The notes below the pieces were generated by a model. The model had not been told where the DNA came from. It was given only the letters and a program-made list of their open reading frames with translations, and ran no database searches. This document shows, in pieces, positions 30,410 through 32,000 of a stretch of 32,000 bases of DNA (position 1 is its first letter; each line of letters opens with the position of its first letter). Source of the DNA: Pseudomonas aeruginosa (GTDB lineage: Bacteria; Pseudomonadota; Gammaproteobacteria; Pseudomonadales; Pseudomonadaceae); contig NZ_LN831024.1 in NCBI RefSeq assembly GCF_001457615.1, forward strand, positions 30,001-62,000, given 5' to 3'. Both the position numbers and the translations under genes were made by a program.

Positions 30410-30434
30410 GTATTTCAAGGAAAGAAATCGTGGC
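30410..30434 (+). promoter_or_regulatory. GGA-loop hairpin motif copy 2, upstream of the csgG-like operon
   Basis: GTATTTCAAGGAAAGAAATCGTGGC is 24/25 identical to 10604..10628. The GTG at 30430 opens a 32-codon ORF ending at TAG 30526..30528, 42 nt before the ATG of the CsgG-like gene. Confidence 0.4.
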
Positions 30435-30570
30435 CACCCCATTTCGCCCCTCGCCTTGGCGCGCCGCCGTGCCGCCTGGCCTTCCTCGATTTTCACTACG
30501 CCCTCTTTTCCGCACACGGGGCGGCTAGAAGCCGCTCCGCGTCGATAGCGTTTTTTTCCAGGAGAACCCC

Positions 30571-31257
30571 ATGAGTCACAGCGCCAAGAAAGCACTACTG
30601 CCGCTCCTCGCCGTCGCCACCCTGGCCGGCCTGGCGGGCTGCGCCACCGAGACCTCCACCGCGTTGCCGGTACAGCAGGTCGAGAGCGTCAACCGACCCT
30701 ACAGCGGCGTGCGTTCGCCGATTGCGGTAGGCAAGTTCGACAACCGCTCCAGCTACATGCGCGGGATCTTTTCCGATGGCGTCGACCGCCTCGGCGGCCA
30801 GGCCAAGACCATTCTCATCACCCACCTGCAGCAGACCAATCGCTTCAACGTGCTGGACCGCGACAACATGAGCGAGATCCAGCAGGAAGCGGCGATCAAG
30901 GGCCAGGCCCAGCGCCTGAAGGGTGCCGACTACGTGGTGACCGGCGATGTCACCGAGTTCGGCCGCAAGGAAGTCGGCGACCGCCAGCTGTTCGGCATCC
31001 TTGGCCGCGGCAAGTCGCAGATCGCCTACGCCAAGGTGGCGCTGAACATCGTCAACATCTCTACCTCGGAGGTCGTCTATTCGACCCAGGGCGCTGGCGA
31101 GTACGCCCTGTCCAACCGCGAGGTGATCGGCTTCGGCGGCACCGCCAGCTACGACTCGACCCTCAACGGCAAGGTTCTCGACCTGGCCATGCGCGAGGCG
31201 GTGAACAAGTTGGTCAACGCGGTCGATAGCGGGGCCTGGAAGCCACAGAACCAATAA
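30571..31257 (+). CDS. CsgG-family outer-membrane lipoprotein
   Basis: 228 aa. Lipobox LAGLAG|C, GGAGAA RBS. The body (PIAVGKFDNRS...LLQTNRFNVLDRDN...YVVTGDVTEFG...) matches the CsgG/curli-transport-component family fold signature. Confidence 0.8.
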   Translation: MSHSAKKALLPLLAVATLAGLAGCATETSTALPVQQVESVNRPYSGVRSPIAVGKFDNRSSYMRGIFSDGVDRLGGQAKTILITHLQQTNRFNVLDRDNMSEIQQEAAIKGQAQRLKGADYVVTGDVTEFGRKEVGDRQLFGILGRGKSQIAYAKVALNIVNISTSEVVYSTQGAGEYALSNREVIGFGGTASYDSTLNGKVLDLAMREAVNKLVNAVDSGAWKPQNQ

Positions 31258-31287
31258 TCCACCAGAAACCAGGGAATCACGGCACAC

Positions 31288-31641
31288 ATGAGCAAGACGA
31301 TCACATGGACGGCGGCGCTGCTGGGGAGCATGGCGCTGGCCGGGTGCAGCGGACCGAAGACGCTGTACCAGTGGGAGGGCTACCAGGCCCAGGTCCACGA
31401 ATACTTCAAGGGTGAATCCAAGGAGGCCCAGGCGCAGGCGCTGGAAGCCGACCTCGAGAAGATCCGGGCGAAGAACGGCGCGGTGCCGCCGGGCTACCAC
31501 GCCCAGCTGGGGCTGCTCTATTCCAGCATCGGCAAGGACGACCAGATGGTCCGCGAGTTCGAGACCGAGAAGGCGCTGTTTCCCGAGTCGGCGACCTACA
31601 TGGACTTCCTCCTGAACAACGCCCGTGGAGGTGCCCGTTGA
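31288..31641 (+). CDS. DUF4810-family lipoprotein
   Basis: 117 aa. Lipobox MALAG|C. Conserved YxWxxYQ-type N-terminus (LYQWEGYQAQVHEYF). It accompanies the CsgG-like and DUF799 genes. Confidence 0.7.
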   Translation: MSKTITWTAALLGSMALAGCSGPKTLYQWEGYQAQVHEYFKGESKEAQAQALEADLEKIRAKNGAVPPGYHAQLGLLYSSIGKDDQMVREFETEKALFPESATYMDFLLNNARGGAR

Positions 31642-32000
31642 AACTCGCCCGACTGTCCGGCCTGGTGGCCGGTTTCACCCTGCTGGCCCTGCTCGGCGGC
31701 TGCGCGCCGACCAAGAGCGTCGATTACTCGGCGTTCAAGCAGGCCAAGCCGCGCTCGATCCTGGTCCTGCCGCCGCTGAACGAGTCGCCCGACGTGAAGG
31801 CGACCTACAGCATGCTCTCGCAGGTCACCTTCCCGCTGGCCGAGGCCGGCTACTACGTGGTGCCGGTGGCGCTGGCCGACGAGACCTTCCGCCAGAACGG
31901 CCTGACCAGCGCCGGCGACGTGCACCAGGTGTCCCCGGCCAAGCTGCGCGAGATCTATGGCGCCGACGCGGCGCTGTACGTCACGGTGAGCGACTACGGC
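31638..32000 (+). CDS. DUF799-family lipoprotein (GNA1162-like), 3'-truncated by the window end
   Basis: TTG start 7 nt after GGAGG, overlapping the previous stop as TTGA. LKLARLSGLVAGFTLLALLGG|CAPTKSVDYSAFKQAKPRSILVLPPLNESPDVKA... is typical of DUF799 lipoproteins. The start codon is uncertain. Confidence 0.65.
   Translation, partial: MKLARLSGLVAGFTLLALLGGCAPTKSVDYSAFKQAKPRSILVLPPLNESPDVKATYSMLSQVTFPLAEAGYYVVPVALADETFRQNGLTSAGDVHQVSPAKLREIYGADAALYVTVSDYG

Noticed and set aside
29862-30515. 217-aa minus-strand ORF spanning the exoT 3' end and the downstream intergenic region. It shares a translated ISFLEI peptide with minus ORF 10479..10850.
   Set aside because: The shared peptide is only the reverse translation of the 25-nt motif reported above. 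The rest is antisense to exoT and has no coding features.

Overview
High-GC gammaproteobacterial chromosome. Gene order and the ExoT sequence indicate Pseudomonas aeruginosa, in the region I recall as PA0029-PA0047 of PAO1. Locus numbers are from memory, not a search.

Left to right:
- Minus-strand choline-O-sulfate cluster: SulP/STAS transporter, OpuAC-type binding protein and choline sulfatase betC, with a divergent LysR regulator.
- A small DOPA-dioxygenase-like gene.
- A NarL-type response regulator and hptC.
- trpBA with divergent trpI.
- A dodecin gene and a DUF1161 gene.
- A cdiB-cdiA-cdiI contact-dependent inhibition locus; cdiA is 3480 codons.
- A lipoprotein gene and an MgtC/DUF4010 membrane protein gene.
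- exoT with an ExsA box.
- A CsgG-like/DUF4810/DUF799 lipoprotein operon, cut by the window end.

The unusual part is the 3' end of the cdi locus, about 21.06-26.28 kb. Codon usage shifts just after a DAMV motif in cdiA and drops again at about 22.5 kb. The AT-rich stretch that follows contains one intact REP-associated tyrosine transposase (RAYT) flanked by ~33-bp inverted repeats. It also holds two diverged internal-deletion MITE/REPIN-like derivatives, a solo repeat and a frameshifted, truncated RAYT copy. These elements separate at least three orphan toxin/immunity remnants. The immunity-like ORFs tend to be intact, and the toxin fragments stop exactly at element ends.

A 24/25-nt identical AT-rich motif, a GGA-loop hairpin plus GTG, occurs at the cdiB start and again upstream of the csgG-like operon.

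No tRNA, rRNA or CRISPR was seen. Many long ORFs in the track are off-frame or antisense artefacts of high GC.
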